Source: Rhodopirellula sp.
GTDB taxonomy: Bacteria; Planctomycetota; Planctomycetia; Pirellulales; Pirellulaceae
NCBI GenBank assembly: GCA_024644085.1
Contig: JAHELS010000004.1
Span: forward strand, 894-64,893
Reading direction: 5' to 3'
DNA length: 64,000 nucleotides
A model generated the notes under the pieces. The model searched no databases, was not told the DNA's origin, and worked only from the letters and a program-made list of their open reading frames with translations. The translations under genes were made by a program, and so were the position numbers. Below, piece after piece: positions 1-10,601 of the stretch (the first letter of the stretch is position 1; every line of letters begins with the position of its first letter).

Positions 1-735
1 AATCGGCAATTGAGTCAGCTCAACGACTCGGCTCGCGATTTGGTAGTAGAACGCCAATGGGATGCAAATCAACATCGACGACACGAGGAACACCAGGTAC
101 GAGCGATCCTTCAATAGCGAGAGCGCATCAAGACCGAGCAATTGATGCACCGTAACCTTCTCGTCGGAACGAGCCGGTGGCGTGTCGGGGAGGAAGAACG
201 AGAACACGCCGAGCGCGACCGCGGCCACGGCGGCGAGGTAGAACATGCTGACCGTGGTTTCGAATCCCGTGAACGTGAGCACGATTCCGGCTGCGATCCA
301 GCCGATGGTTCCGAGCACACGAATCCCCGGAAACTCTTTTTCCGGATTCGTCATGTTCTTCATCGCGATCGTGTTACTCAGCGCAAGGGTCGGATAGTAG
401 GTCAGCATGTATCCGAGAAAGAAACCCCAATTCAGAATCGACGGTGACGGCGAATCACCCTGCATCACCGAGATCGCTCCGAACATCACAACTCCACCCA
501 GGAGATGCAGAACGGCCAGAACTTTCTGGGCGGAAAAGAAACGGTCGGCGATCAAACCAACGAATAGCGGAGTGATCAGGCCTGCGATCGGACCAACCGA
601 GTAAGTGTTACCGATGTCGCCGGCCTGAAACCCGATGGTCTGCAAGAAGTTCGGTGCCGTCACGTACCATGCACCCCAGACAAAGAACTGGAGGAACATC
701 ATGATCGAAAGCTGGATGCGGACGTTGAGACTCAT
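1..735 (-). CDS. MFS nucleoside:H+ symporter-family permease (NupG/YegT-like); 3' part runs off the window
   Basis: Hand translation from ATG at 735 gives [26 protein letters not shown]...[26 protein letters not shown]...[16 protein letters not shown]...[14 protein letters not shown], typical NHS-family motifs. Absent from the ORF track because there is no stop in the window. Confidence 0.88.
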   Translation of the reverse strand, partial: MSLNVRIQLSIMMFLQFFVWGAWYVTAPNFLQTIGFQAGDIGNTYSVGPIAGLITPLFVGLIADRFFSAQKVLAVLHLLGGVVMFGAISVMQGDSPSPSILNWGFFLGYMLTYYPTLALSNTIAMKNMTNPEKEFPGIRVLGTIGWIAAGIVLTFTGFETTVSMFYLAAVAAVALGVFSFFLPDTPPARSDEKVTVHQLLGLDALSLLKDRSYLVFLVSSMLICIPLAFYYQIASRVVELTQLPI

Positions 736-831
736 CGATGCAGCCCTGGCCGGTGTGGTACTTGGGAATGGTGCGAGGACGTGCCCTAGCGCGTCCGTAG
801 TGAAGTGCGGATATTACTCGAGTTCCAGATT

Positions 832-1737
832 CTACTCGAGTTCTGCGAGCACCTGTTGCGCCGGCACCGGCTCAATCTCTTCCATCGGGCTGTCGTCACG
901 GGCAAAGAACATCAGATGTTGCCACGGCAACTTGTTGTATTCGCGTACCAGTTTGAATCCGTTCTCGTGATACTCCTTGATGATTTGAGTCTTGGACATC
1001 TTGTGCAGCGGTTTGATCGGCACCTCCGGGTCTTCTTCGCGGTACTCGAGCAAAGCGACGACGCCGGTCGGTTTCAGGGAGCGGCGTATCCCCCATAACA
1101 TCGATTCGGGATGCGAGAATTCGTGGTACACGTCGACCATCAACACCAGATCCAGTTCGCCGGCCGGGAGGTTCGGGTCATCGACTTTGCCGAGCACCAA
1201 TTCGATATTATTGAGTTTCAACCGCGCCGAACGCTCTCGAAGCTTCTGCAACATTTCGCGTTGGATGTCGACCGCGAGAACGCGGCCCTCGGGACCGACA
1301 TCCCGCGCCATCGGCAGCGTCCAGTAGCCGTTGCCACAGCCGAGATCGCAAACGGCCATTCCCTCGGTCAGTTTGAGTTGTTTGAAAGATTCCGACGCAC
1401 GCTCTTCTTCGTCCCGCTCGGGTCGGACCAACCAGGACGCCCCGAGGTGCGACATCGGTTTGGCAACGATTCGGCCGAGGTACGTTTTTCGCGCTCGTTC
1501 GTCCGGTCTGGGAGGATCACCGCCCGTCTTCGTCGTTTCGTTGTCTTCCCGGGCCGTCTCGCCCGGCGTGGTCGCATCTGGCGTGGTCGCACTCGCTGCA
1601 GTCTCAATCGGCGCAGTCTCAATCGGTGCAGATTCCTGGCCGAGCGCCGTGACCGGCACAATCGCGGCGAAGGTCCACGCCAACAGCCAGATCATCGAGC
1701 GATGGCGCGAAGTGTTCTGCGAGGAATGTGCTTTCAT
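832..1737 (-). CDS. Class I SAM-dependent methyltransferase with N-terminal signal peptide and low-complexity linker
   Basis: Motifs VCDLGCGNGY, VLAVDIQ, DLVLMVDVYHEF and SLKPTG; hydrophobic leader ending in ALG|Q. ATG at 1737 is preceded by GAGGA. Confidence 0.88.
   Translation of the reverse strand: MKAHSSQNTSRHRSMIWLLAWTFAAIVPVTALGQESAPIETAPIETAASATTPDATTPGETAREDNETTKTGGDPPRPDERARKTYLGRIVAKPMSHLGASWLVRPERDEEERASESFKQLKLTEGMAVCDLGCGNGYWTLPMARDVGPEGRVLAVDIQREMLQKLRERSARLKLNNIELVLGKVDDPNLPAGELDLVLMVDVYHEFSHPESMLWGIRRSLKPTGVVALLEYREEDPEVPIKPLHKMSKTQIIKEYHENGFKLVREYNKLPWQHLMFFARDDSPMEEIEPVPAQQVLAELE
1565..1631. repeat. In-frame 15-bp tandem duplications encoding APIET x2 and ATTP x2
   Basis: GCAGTCTCAATCGG at 1598 and 1613; GGCGTGGTCGCA at 1565 and 1580. 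Confidence 0.8.
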
Positions 1738-1754
1738 GAGAATCCTCACCGGAG

Positions 1755-2171
1755 TTAGTCGGCGTCTTTAGCTGCAAATTCGAATTGCGGCTCGAAGGCA
1801 TCGCCGAAGTCGTAAACGTTGTCAAAATCTTCGCGTCGGTCGGAATCACTTTTGCGCATTTGTTCAATGCGAATCAAATTATAGACCAATTCGCCAAAGT
1901 CACTGGTTTTGTGGATGCCCCAGCTTCCCAAGACCATTTTTGCGAGATATCCGAACTGTTCGTTGGCGTAAAGCCGACACGCTTCGCAAAGCTGTTGGCC
2001 GGTAACATGTCGCGGCCCCGGTTTCTCGCCGGTGGTGGCGGAGCCTTCGTCCTCGCCGAGGAGATGTTCGTGTGCGTATTGAAGGGCTTCACGGATGAAC
2101 TGATACGCTTCAAGTTTGTAACGCTTGTCCTCGTCCAACAAATCGCGCATCGACTGTAACGGGGACTTCAT
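1755..2171 (-). CDS. Minf_1886 family protein (PVC-conserved, function unknown)
   Basis: RYKLEAYQFIREAL...HVTGQQLC...FGYLAKMVLGSWGIHKTSDFGELVYNLI...DRREDF; start moved to ATG 2171. Confidence 0.85.
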   Translation of the reverse strand: MKSPLQSMRDLLDEDKRYKLEAYQFIREALQYAHEHLLGEDEGSATTGEKPGPRHVTGQQLCEACRLYANEQFGYLAKMVLGSWGIHKTSDFGELVYNLIRIEQMRKSDSDRREDFDNVYDFGDAFEPQFEFAAKDAD

Positions 2172-2223
2172 TGTGCGACTCGTCTGGTTCAATGGTTGAT
2201 TTGGGATCGACAGGGCAATCGAG

Positions 2224-3159
2224 CTACCGGGGCGGCTGGCCGCTTCGGATTTCCTTGTTTTTTCCGCCGTGTGACTTGTTCCGCCGCGAGCTCGTGTGGG
2301 GCTCGCCTCGTTTAACGATGCTGACCACATCGTCGACATGAATCAAGATCCGTCGGCTGTCGTCGGTTTTGACCGTCAATTGCTGCGAAAGGATATCATG
2401 GGCGACCACTTTCGCATTTCCCTCCCGCGTCAAGACGACGCTGCCGGGCGGCGGAAGTTCGCTGGCCAGAGATTCGTAGGTCTCGAATTCGTAGCGTAGG
2501 CAGCATTTCAATCGACCGCAACGTCCGGAAATCTTGGACGGATCGAGCGTCGCCTTCTGGAGTTTCGCCATTTTCATCGAAACTGGCGGCATCTTGCTGA
2601 GAAACGTGGCACAGCAGATTGGTTGCCCACAGTCGCCGTAGTCAGCCAACAGTTTTGCTTCGTCGCGAACGCCGATCTGACGCATCTCGATCCGAGTCTG
2701 AAATTGTTTGGCGAGATCTCGAACAAGTTGGCGAAAGTCAACGCGAGCATCAGCAAGGAAATAGACGATGACTCGTTCGCCTCCGAGGATTCGCTCGACA
2801 TCGACAAGTTCCATCTTCAAGCTCAATGCATCGACACAACGTTGACAGGTCTCGAGGTCTTCGTTGACTTTCGATTCAAAGTGCTCCGACTGGGCACGAT
2901 CGTCGTTGCTGAGGGGACGCAGGATCCGGCCCTCGGTCGGCTCGGCCATGGCGTCCATCGCAGTGGGTGTCGCTTCGCACAGTACCGTCCCGATTTCGGT
3001 GCCGCGGCTGGACCGCGCGACAACCTGGTCGCCGTACCGGTAGGGCTGTTTCGAGGTCATGACTCCGAGAATTCGCATCGAACCGATCCTGACAACGTAT
3101 TCCAGGGGCTGCGCCGGTTCCGTATTTCGCGTCGCTTCGGTGGCCGCCGAATCAGTCAT
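2224..3159 (-). CDS. ricT: PSP1 domain / RicT (YaaT)-like Fe-S protein
   Basis: RVDFRQLVRDLA...RIEMRQIGVRDEAK...DCGQPICC...KMAKLQ...ISGRCGRLKCCLRYE; start overlaps the stop of the upstream gene. Confidence 0.9.
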   Translation of the reverse strand: MTDSAATEATRNTEPAQPLEYVVRIGSMRILGVMTSKQPYRYGDQVVARSSRGTEIGTVLCEATPTAMDAMAEPTEGRILRPLSNDDRAQSEHFESKVNEDLETCQRCVDALSLKMELVDVERILGGERVIVYFLADARVDFRQLVRDLAKQFQTRIEMRQIGVRDEAKLLADYGDCGQPICCATFLSKMPPVSMKMAKLQKATLDPSKISGRCGRLKCCLRYEFETYESLASELPPPGSVVLTREGNAKVVAHDILSQQLTVKTDDSRRILIHVDDVVSIVKRGEPHTSSRRNKSHGGKNKEIRSGQPPR

Positions 3160-4366
3160 CTTTCGATTCGCCGTCTTTCTTTCCATCGCCCTTGGGAGTC
3201 TCGTCCTGTTTGTCCGGTTTGGGTGCCTGCTCGGCCGTCGCGTCGTCTTTGCTGGCGGAATCGGGTTCAGGTTGTTCTTTTTTTGCCTCCTCGTTTTTCG
3301 CTTCGTCCTTTGGCGGCTCCGCGTTGTCCTGCTTGTCGTCTTCTTTGTTTTCCTGTTTCGGTTTTTCCGTCACCGCTGCCTCCGCTTTGGGGGGCGGAGC
3401 GGGCTCGGTCCACTTCCACGAGCGGCCTGCCATCACGATGCCGTTCTTGCGTGTGCCGGCGAAAAGTTGGGAGTCTCCGTTCCAGCACAATGCCCAAACG
3501 CCACTTTCAGCATGCATCGAGTCGGTGCCGCCTGTGGAAGGAAAGTGCAGTCGCCCACCGACCTCTGCCGCAGCAATTTGGCCGCCCGGCGAGACGGCCA
3601 ATTGCGTGATCCAATCGGTTCCTTTGGCCACGCTTTCCGCTTTGGCTTCGGCCTTGGCTTCACAGCGATAAAGATTGCGGTCGCTGCTTCCAACCAGCAG
3701 GTGTATTCCGCCATCGACATAGGCGACGCACCAGGCCGCTTCGCCGCTGACTTCGATCTTTCCAACTGCTTCCAGTGAAGGCCACTTAAACAGGTGCACG
3801 TGTCCGCCACCGTCGCTGGCGGCGAGCTGGCTTCCGTCGGGCGAGACCGCCAACCCGGTCACCGCATGTCCATCAAGTTCGGCCGACTTGCCAATCTTGC
3901 CGGTCTCGAGGTCCCACACCATCACCTTGCCGGCTTCGTTACCGGCGATGATCGACTTGTCGTCGGGCGAGATGATCATTGCCTGGCACCATCGCTCGAA
4001 CGCCTTTTCATGCATGGTCGGCTTGGCGGCGGCAGTATCGAAGACGATCAGGTTTCCGCGGTAATCGACACTGGCGATTATTGCACCATCCGAGGTGGCG
4101 TCGACGCGCCAGGCGGCCGCGGGGTGCTGGTACAGCGGTGTGAATTGCGACGGGTTGGATGCGTCAAACGAGTAGATCGATGATTCACGAAGCAACAAAC
4201 CGGTCGCGGTGGATGCAACAAACTGACTTGATGAGCCGAGCGGGGCAATCGATGTGACCCAGGTCGAGTCCGCATCGCCGGCCGCGGGGGCGGGGCTGTC
4301 GTCGGCAACGGTTTGTCCGAGAAAGAGAATCACGATCGCCGAGAGTATCATCGATCTTCGAATCAT
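3152..4366 (-). CDS. Exported WD40 beta-propeller protein with acidic/Lys-rich disordered tail
   Basis: Signal peptide MIRRSMILSAIVILFLGQTVA; blades such as GKVMVWD and GHAVTGLAVSPDG; tail of about 85 aa rich in E/K/D. Confidence 0.85.
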   Translation of the reverse strand: MIRRSMILSAIVILFLGQTVADDSPAPAAGDADSTWVTSIAPLGSSSQFVASTATGLLLRESSIYSFDASNPSQFTPLYQHPAAAWRVDATSDGAIIASVDYRGNLIVFDTAAAKPTMHEKAFERWCQAMIISPDDKSIIAGNEAGKVMVWDLETGKIGKSAELDGHAVTGLAVSPDGSQLAASDGGGHVHLFKWPSLEAVGKIEVSGEAAWCVAYVDGGIHLLVGSSDRNLYRCEAKAEAKAESVAKGTDWITQLAVSPGGQIAAAEVGGRLHFPSTGGTDSMHAESGVWALCWNGDSQLFAGTRKNGIVMAGRSWKWTEPAPPPKAEAAVTEKPKQENKEDDKQDNAEPPKDEAKNEEAKKEQPEPDSASKDDATAEQAPKPDKQDETPKGDGKKDGESKDD

Positions 4367-4433
4367 GGATTGACCTGAGTCGTGAGTGGGAGATGAAAAC
4401 GAGTGAAGGTTCAATGCACTTTTGCTGCGTCGA

Positions 4434-5558
4434 TCATTCGCGACAGAAGGCGAGTGCGAGAAGCGCGTAGGCGGTGACCAGTTGTCGATCACCCTCCATC
4501 CAGCGGTCGTTTTCGCCGTTGACCCACGATCCGTCCTGTTGTTGTGCCTTGATCAAGTGCCGCGAAAGTTCATCGCGCCAGGCGTGTGGTTTACCATCAT
4601 CGTCGTCAAGAATCTCGATCCCGGCCGCGTCGAGCGCTTTGGCGAAGGTGTGGTAGTAGTAGTAAAGTCCCGCGTGGCCCATGCCGGGGTTTTGCTCGAG
4701 CGAATAATTCTTCTGGATAAAAGCCATCGCCGCCATGACTCGCGGGTCATCCGAAGTCAGTCCGGCGTAGATCATGCTCTTGAGCCCGGCGTAGGTCATC
4801 GAACCGTAGCTCCTCAGTCCGCCGCCGTCGGTCTCACCCGCCTGACTCTGGCCGCCGGCCGCAGGCGTGTAGTAGAAGCCGCCGTCGCCAACGCGATCTG
4901 CGTGCGGCGTGTCGTTCCCTTCGTCCGCGAGATTCTGGGTACGGACGACGAACTGCAGCGCCTTTTGAATTGCCTCGTCATTGCCCGAGTTGCCGAGCTC
5001 ATGCAGCGCGTCGATCAGAAACGAGGTGTTGGACAGATCGGGTCGCTGGTGTTTTCCATAGCCGGCACCGCCGTAGGCAGTATCGGATGACTCAACTCCC
5101 TCGCCCTCGTCCCATTGCAATTCTTTCAAAAAAGCTTCGGCACGTTTCAGTGCGCTGTCGTAGCGGCGATCCCTGTTCGCCTTGATCAACGCACCCACTG
5201 CGACCGAAGTTTCGTAATTGCGATAGAGGGAACCGGTGGCGTAAATACCGCCGTCACCCTGAAATTTCGATTCAATGTATTTGAGCGCGTTCCTGACGAC
5301 GGGATCATTGATCGCTTGGGGGCGATGCTCGAGAATCGCGCGTACGCATAGTGCCGTGACCGCAGCTCCCGTCTCGCCACTGAACGATCCATCATCGGCC
5401 TGGCCCCGATTTCGCAAGAACTCAATCCCGCGCGACACGGCACGTTCGACCTCGGCATCGAGCGGCGGATTCTCCGCAGGTTTTTCCGCGGCGAGCAGAG
5501 TTGGAGCCGAGTTCATCGCCAACAGAGCAAGCGTCGTGAACAATATGAAGGACCGCAT
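4434..5558 (-). CDS. Exported prenyltransferase/squalene-oxidase repeat (alpha/alpha barrel) protein
   Basis: QW-like repeats QADDGSF, QGDGGIY, DGGFYY, QQQDGSW; YGSMTYAGLKS; signal peptide; no DXDD motif. Confidence 0.87.
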   Translation of the reverse strand: MRSFILFTTLALLAMNSAPTLLAAEKPAENPPLDAEVERAVSRGIEFLRNRGQADDGSFSGETGAAVTALCVRAILEHRPQAINDPVVRNALKYIESKFQGDGGIYATGSLYRNYETSVAVGALIKANRDRRYDSALKRAEAFLKELQWDEGEGVESSDTAYGGAGYGKHQRPDLSNTSFLIDALHELGNSGNDEAIQKALQFVVRTQNLADEGNDTPHADRVGDGGFYYTPAAGGQSQAGETDGGGLRSYGSMTYAGLKSMIYAGLTSDDPRVMAAMAFIQKNYSLEQNPGMGHAGLYYYYHTFAKALDAAGIEILDDDDGKPHAWRDELSRHLIKAQQQDGSWVNGENDRWMEGDRQLVTAYALLALAFCRE

Positions 5559-5814
5559 CTTTCTTGTCTTCCATCGGGGGTGGACTTGGGGGCGACACAA
5601 TCGCCGCAATACATACCGAACCCAGAGTAGGTAGGGACACCGCGAAGCGCAGTGACACTCGGAATCGGCGTAACCGGCAATCTTTCTAGACCTATCTTAT
5701 CCACTGGTCCCCGTGGAATGCAGAGGAGTTGACGCCGAGGACGATGCTGGAAACGCGGAAGTAGGCTCTGCAACGTCCTTTCCCGCTACTTTTCGACTCA
5801 TTTCCGGGGGCTTC

Positions 5815-6294
5815 ATGTCATCCGCGACTCCGCATCGCATCGACCCCCCCAACTCCGTCACGCCCCAGGTTGGTGGGCCGCATGTCGGCGCCGGCTCAGC
5901 GTTGGTTGCGACGACCAATCGGGTGACGCATTCCGCGGTCGCACCCGATGTCGAAACAACTGGTCCCCCATCTCCGGGTCCCCTATCTCCGGGGCCGGAT
6001 TCCGGGCATCAGGAAACCGGGGAAGGGGTCACCGGGCGCGAGGATTGGTTGCGACTTCATGCTTGCGAACTTGTCGATCGGCTGCAGTCCTGGGCGGACG
6101 ATCTCGATGCCCGCGAAGCAAAGCTCAATGCACGAAGCTCACTCCAGGATCTTCGAGAGCGGCGTTTTCGACTCGAGCAACAGAACGCCGAAACCGAATT
6201 GGCCGAGCAGCAACGGTCAACCGACCGACTCCGACGCGAGGTCGAAGCGGACGCCCGCCGCTTGGCGTTTCGTTGCGATTCACGCGATATTTAA
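5815..6294 (+). CDS. Hypothetical protein with Pro-rich N-terminus and C-terminal coiled coil
   Basis: Fills the gap divergent from the previous gene; heptad-like ELVDRLQSWADDLDAREAKLNAR; start uncertain. Confidence 0.6.
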   Translation: MSSATPHRIDPPNSVTPQVGGPHVGAGSALVATTNRVTHSAVAPDVETTGPPSPGPLSPGPDSGHQETGEGVTGREDWLRLHACELVDRLQSWADDLDAREAKLNARSSLQDLRERRFRLEQQNAETELAEQQRSTDRLRREVEADARRLAFRCDSRDI

Positions 6295-6514
6295 GCTCGA
6301 TCGGCGCTCGCCGCGCAAGTGAGCGGTGGCGGAGTCGATCAATAAGGGGAAATAGAGCAACGCTGGCGAGTAGGTAAGCGAATCCGCCGGGCCTTCGCCT
6401 GGGCGACACCCGCAACAACGTGCGGGTTGTTGCACATCCGGTGGGGGGCCGCGCACAATGGTTGTCTCGATTCATTGTGATTACGCAACGTTGACTTATT
6501 CCACGGAGGCCTTC

Positions 6515-7516
6515 ATGGCTCGTCCTGTAACTCTTTTCACTGGCCAATGGGCCGATTTGCCGATTGATGAAATGGCGGCGATGACGGCCGAGTTCGGTTA
6601 CGACGGAATCGAACTCGCCTGCTGGGGAGATCATTTTGAGGTCGATCGCGCGTTGGCCGAGGACGATTATTGCGACAAGAAACGCAAGCTGTTGGACAAC
6701 GCGGGGCTCCAGTGTCATGCGATCAGCGCGCACCTGGTCGGCCAGGCGGTGTTGGACAATATCGACGAGCGACACCAGGCGATCTTGCCCGAGTATGTAT
6801 GGGGAGATGGTGATCCGGCCGGCGTCAACGAACGGGCCTGTGAGGAATTGAAAAACACGGCCCGCGCGGCACAAAAATTTGGTGTCGACGTCGTCAATGG
6901 ATTCACCGGCAGCAGCATTTGGCACCTGATCTATTCGTTCCCGCCGGTGACGCCGAAGATGATTGACGCTGGCTTCGATTTGCTGGCTGAACGTTTCAAT
7001 CCGATTCTCGACGTGTTCGGTGACTGCGGTGTCCGATATGCGCTGGAAGTTCATCCGACCGAGATTGCGTTCGATATCTACACTGCCCAGCGGACTCTCG
7101 AGGCGCTCGATCATCGCGCCGAATTCGGATTCAATTTTGATCCGAGCCATTTGATCTGGCAGGGCATTGATCCCGTTCAATTCATCCGTACCTTCGCCGA
7201 TCGCATCTACCACGTTCACGTCAAGGATGCGATCGTGACGCTTGATGGCAAGAGCGGAATCAATTGCAGTCACTTGAATTTCGGTGATTCGCATCGCGGT
7301 TGGGATTTTCGCAGTCCCGGTCGCGGCGGCGTCAATTTCGAGGAAATCATTCGGGCGCTCAACGACATCGGTTACGACGGCCCCTTATCGATCGAATGGG
7401 AAGACTGCGGCATGGAACGCTCGTTTGGCGCCAAGGAGGCATGCGAGTTCACCAAGAAACTTGATTTCTCGCCGAGCACGCGTGCCTTTGACGCGGCGTT
7501 CGACGAAGCTACCTGA
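6515..7516 (+). CDS. Sugar phosphate isomerase/epimerase (xylose isomerase-like TIM barrel)
   Basis: [48 protein letters not shown] and SIEWED; GGAGG RBS before ATG 6515. Confidence 0.92.
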   Translation: MARPVTLFTGQWADLPIDEMAAMTAEFGYDGIELACWGDHFEVDRALAEDDYCDKKRKLLDNAGLQCHAISAHLVGQAVLDNIDERHQAILPEYVWGDGDPAGVNERACEELKNTARAAQKFGVDVVNGFTGSSIWHLIYSFPPVTPKMIDAGFDLLAERFNPILDVFGDCGVRYALEVHPTEIAFDIYTAQRTLEALDHRAEFGFNFDPSHLIWQGIDPVQFIRTFADRIYHVHVKDAIVTLDGKSGINCSHLNFGDSHRGWDFRSPGRGGVNFEEIIRALNDIGYDGPLSIEWEDCGMERSFGAKEACEFTKKLDFSPSTRAFDAAFDEAT

Positions 7517-7528
7517 GACCACGTTGAA

Positions 7529-7732
7529 ATGATCCGAATCACTGTCAACGGCGATAGCGTCGAGATCGATTTACCGATGACCGTCGAGCAAATGCTCGAA
7601 GTGGTTGACGTCCCACCGAATTATTTGGCGGTGGAAGTCAATTCAGAGGTGGTGCCGCGAGAAGAATTCACCACCCGGATGATCGGGCCGGGCGACAGCG
7701 TCGAAGTCGTGACGTTGGTCGGCGGGGGCTGA
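7529..7732 (+). CDS. thiS: Sulfur carrier protein ThiS
   Basis: 67 aa; [16 protein letters not shown] and C-terminal VGGG; directly upstream of thiG. Confidence 0.95.
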   Translation: MIRITVNGDSVEIDLPMTVEQMLEVVDVPPNYLAVEVNSEVVPREEFTTRMIGPGDSVEVVTLVGGG

Positions 7733-7847
7733 GCGGCCCAAGCGTGATTCGGTTACATTGGCGGCGGTCGGTGAATTCGGTGCCGATCCCAAAGATCGGC
7801 CTCGATTGGGCCAACCGAATCCAGGTCTCTCCAACGGTATTCTCTCG

Positions 7848-8744
7848 GTGTCGGTGTCTCTCTCTTCCGAAAATGCTTCCCGCCGCGACGACTCGCTTGT
7901 CGTTGGCGGTCACGTGCTGGAAAGCCGGATGATCGTCGGCACCGGGCGCTATGACACGATGCCGCAAATGCGGGATTCGCTCGATGCCTCGGGTAGTGAT
8001 TGCGTGACCGTTGCCGTTCGCCGAGAGCGACTGTATGACCGCAGCGGCCAGAACATTCTCGATTTTCTCGATCTCGATCGCTACACGCTGCTGCCCAACA
8101 CAGCCGGATGTTACACCGCCGTCGACGCGATCCGCGCGGCAAAGCTGGGCCGTGAAATCCTCCGCACACTCGGCAATCCGGGCGCCGATTGGGTCAAGCT
8201 GGAAGTGCTGGGCGACAGCAAGACATTGTTGCCTGATCCGGCGGAAACAGTTGTCGCTTGTCGGGAACTTGCTGCAGAAGGGTTCAATGTTCTTTGTTAC
8301 ACCAGCGATTGTCCGGTCACGGCCCAACGTTTGAAAGCAGCTGGAGCCGCGAGTGTGATGCCGGCGGGAAGTCCGATCGGCAGCGGCCAGGGTCTGCTCA
8401 ATCCCAACAACCTGCGGATCATTCTCGAGTATTTGAAGGAGGACGATCCCGAATACCCGGTGATCGTTGATGCTGGTGTTGGCACAGCGAGCGATGTGAG
8501 CGAGGCGTTTGAATTAGGGGCCGACGGAGTATTGCTGAATACGGCGATCGCTCATGCCCGCGACCCGGTCCGCATGGCACGCGCGATGAAGCATGCGACG
8601 GTCGCCGGTCGCGAGGCATTTCTGGCCGGTCGCATTCCAAAACGACTCTACGGCACCGCCAGCAGTCCATCGGAAGGAGTGATCAGTACCCGGCCCTACG
8701 GATCGGACCACACCGGTAGGCAAGATTCAGATCGATTGTCGTAA
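7848..8744 (+). CDS. thiG: Thiazole synthase ThiG
   Basis: [47 protein letters not shown]; start uncertain (GTG 7848 or 7854). Confidence 0.95.
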   Translation: MSVSLSSENASRRDDSLVVGGHVLESRMIVGTGRYDTMPQMRDSLDASGSDCVTVAVRRERLYDRSGQNILDFLDLDRYTLLPNTAGCYTAVDAIRAAKLGREILRTLGNPGADWVKLEVLGDSKTLLPDPAETVVACRELAAEGFNVLCYTSDCPVTAQRLKAAGAASVMPAGSPIGSGQGLLNPNNLRIILEYLKEDDPEYPVIVDAGVGTASDVSEAFELGADGVLLNTAIAHARDPVRMARAMKHATVAGREAFLAGRIPKRLYGTASSPSEGVISTRPYGSDHTGRQDSDRLS

Positions 8745-8996
8745 ACGTTTCTGCAATCGCGTGAAGCGGATCAGACCGATTGCACCGATGACGCCTCCTG
8801 CGATCGAAAATCCCCACCCGATCACCAGAGGAAGGTCGGGAAAGAACTTGATCAGCGAAAAGCCGGTCGCCGTCACCATCAGTGCCGTGCGGCCGTAGGC
8901 CAGCAACGTCCTTTCGTTCGCCAGGTCCGTGCGCATCAGCGCGAGACTTTCACGCGCGCCACTCTCACTCGCGTTTTGGGGTGCATCGTCATTCAT
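8727..8996 (-). CDS. DUF202 (YidH-like) small membrane protein
   Basis: [18 protein letters not shown] followed by two TM helices. Confidence 0.88.
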   Translation of the reverse strand: MNDDAPQNASESGARESLALMRTDLANERTLLAYGRTALMVTATGFSLIKFFPDLPLVIGWGFSIAGGVIGAIGLIRFTRLQKRLRQSI

Positions 8997-9216
8997 TGGA
9001 CAGCCAGTGGTCTCTAAGGGGTCGAGTGATCGAAACAACAAATCGGTTTCACGTTGCACCGATAGCATGTCGCGAAGTGGTTGATGGGAAAAGCTGGCGA
9101 GCAACCAAACTTGTAACCCGAGGTCGGCGACCACCGCTGCAACGTCCTCCGGTGGCCCGACGATTACGCTAAGCTGACGGTCCGTCTTCCGCTTCGACCA
9201 TTTGGCTTGCGCGACA

Positions 9217-10590
9217 ATGAAATTCTGGGTTATCGCTATCGGGCTGCTCGGGGCGCTGGTCACCGGCGGCGGATTGTGGGTCATGGGCCACAGCAGCGGA
9301 ATCGCCTGGACCGGCGGCGTGGTCGTGCTGTGCGCCGTGTGGTGGGTTTTCGAGCCGATTCCGATTCCCGCGACCTCGTTGATCCCGATTGGTCTGTTCC
9401 CTCTGGTCGGCGTGCTCGATGCGGAACAGGTCGGCAGTTCGTTCGGTCATCCCCTTGTGCTGTTGATGATGGGCGGGTTCATGCTTTCGATGGCGATGGA
9501 GCGTAGCGGTGCGCATCGACGGCTTGCACTCACGATGGTCCAGGCATTCGGCGGCGATGGTGGGGGCCGCCAGCTGGTTTTCGGGTTCATGGTCGCGTCG
9601 GCGTTCTTGAGCATGTGGATTTCCAATGCTGCGACCGTCCTGATGCTGCTGCCGATTGCAGCCGCCGTGATTGAAAAATCGAACGACCGACAACTTCACA
9701 CCGCCCTGCTGCTGGGGATCGCGTACGCGGCAAGCGTGGGCGGCATCGCCACACCGATTGGGACGCCACCCAACCTTGTTTTCATGACCGTGTACGTCAA
9801 AAACGCCGGTGGGATCGAGCCCTCTTTTCTTACGTGGATGACATGGGCGATGCCGATTGTTTTGGTGATGCTGCCGATCACGGGGTTCTGGTTGACGCGT
9901 CACATGGGTGGCCGGGGCGGATTGGAGATGCCGGCGGTCGGCGCTTGGCGGTACGAGGAAAAAGCGACCCTGGCGGTCTTTGCCGTCACCGCGGCGCTGT
10001 GGATCACCCGCAAAGGACCCTACGGCGGATGGAGCGAGTGGTTCGGCATGCCCGGCGCGAATGACGCCAGCGTAGCGCTGTTGGCTGTTGTTGTCATGCA
10101 CTTGTTGCCCAATGGGAAAGGCCAGACTCTGTTGACGTGGAATGCAGCGCTGAAGATTCCCTGGGGAGTTCTGGTCCTGTTCGCAGGCGGTATCACGATC
10201 GCTGAGGCATTCATTCAATCGGGACTAAGCGACGCGATCGGCGCATCGCTGTCGGGGTTCTCGCACGTCCCGGTACTGGTGATGATCGGCATCATTTGTT
10301 TAGCGGTTACGTTCTTAACCGAAGTGACCAGCAATACTGCGACCGCCACGCTGTTGTTGCCGATACTGGCGGCGACCGCATTGATCGCCGATATCGATCC
10401 ACGCTTGATCATGGTTCCGGCGACCATCAGCGCAAGTTTTGCGTTCATGTTGCCTGTCGCGACACCTCCCAACGCGATCATATTCGGCAGCGAGAAGCTG
10501 ACCGTCAAACAGATGGCGAGGGAGGGATTTGCTTTGAACCTGATCGGTGTTGTCGTGATCACATTGGTCTGCTGGTGGAATTTCAGCTGA
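9217..10590 (+). CDS. SLC13/DASS Na+:dicarboxylate/sulfate transporter
   Basis: LSMWISNAAT, GIATPIGTPPN, TEVTSNTAT and AFMLPVATPPNAI motifs. Confidence 0.93.
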   Translation: MKFWVIAIGLLGALVTGGGLWVMGHSSGIAWTGGVVVLCAVWWVFEPIPIPATSLIPIGLFPLVGVLDAEQVGSSFGHPLVLLMMGGFMLSMAMERSGAHRRLALTMVQAFGGDGGGRQLVFGFMVASAFLSMWISNAATVLMLLPIAAAVIEKSNDRQLHTALLLGIAYAASVGGIATPIGTPPNLVFMTVYVKNAGGIEPSFLTWMTWAMPIVLVMLPITGFWLTRHMGGRGGLEMPAVGAWRYEEKATLAVFAVTAALWITRKGPYGGWSEWFGMPGANDASVALLAVVVMHLLPNGKGQTLLTWNAALKIPWGVLVLFAGGITIAEAFIQSGLSDAIGASLSGFSHVPVLVMIGIICLAVTFLTEVTSNTATATLLLPILAATALIADIDPRLIMVPATISASFAFMLPVATPPNAIIFGSEKLTVKQMAREGFALNLIGVVVITLVCWWNFS

Positions 10591-10601
10591 GGCCGATCGC
10601 G

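Noticed and set aside
6295-7850. TPP riboswitch for thiS-thiG
   Set aside because: No CUGAGA plus CCUGA...GCG core found; the hairpins near 6310-6330 and 6403-6433 are generic.
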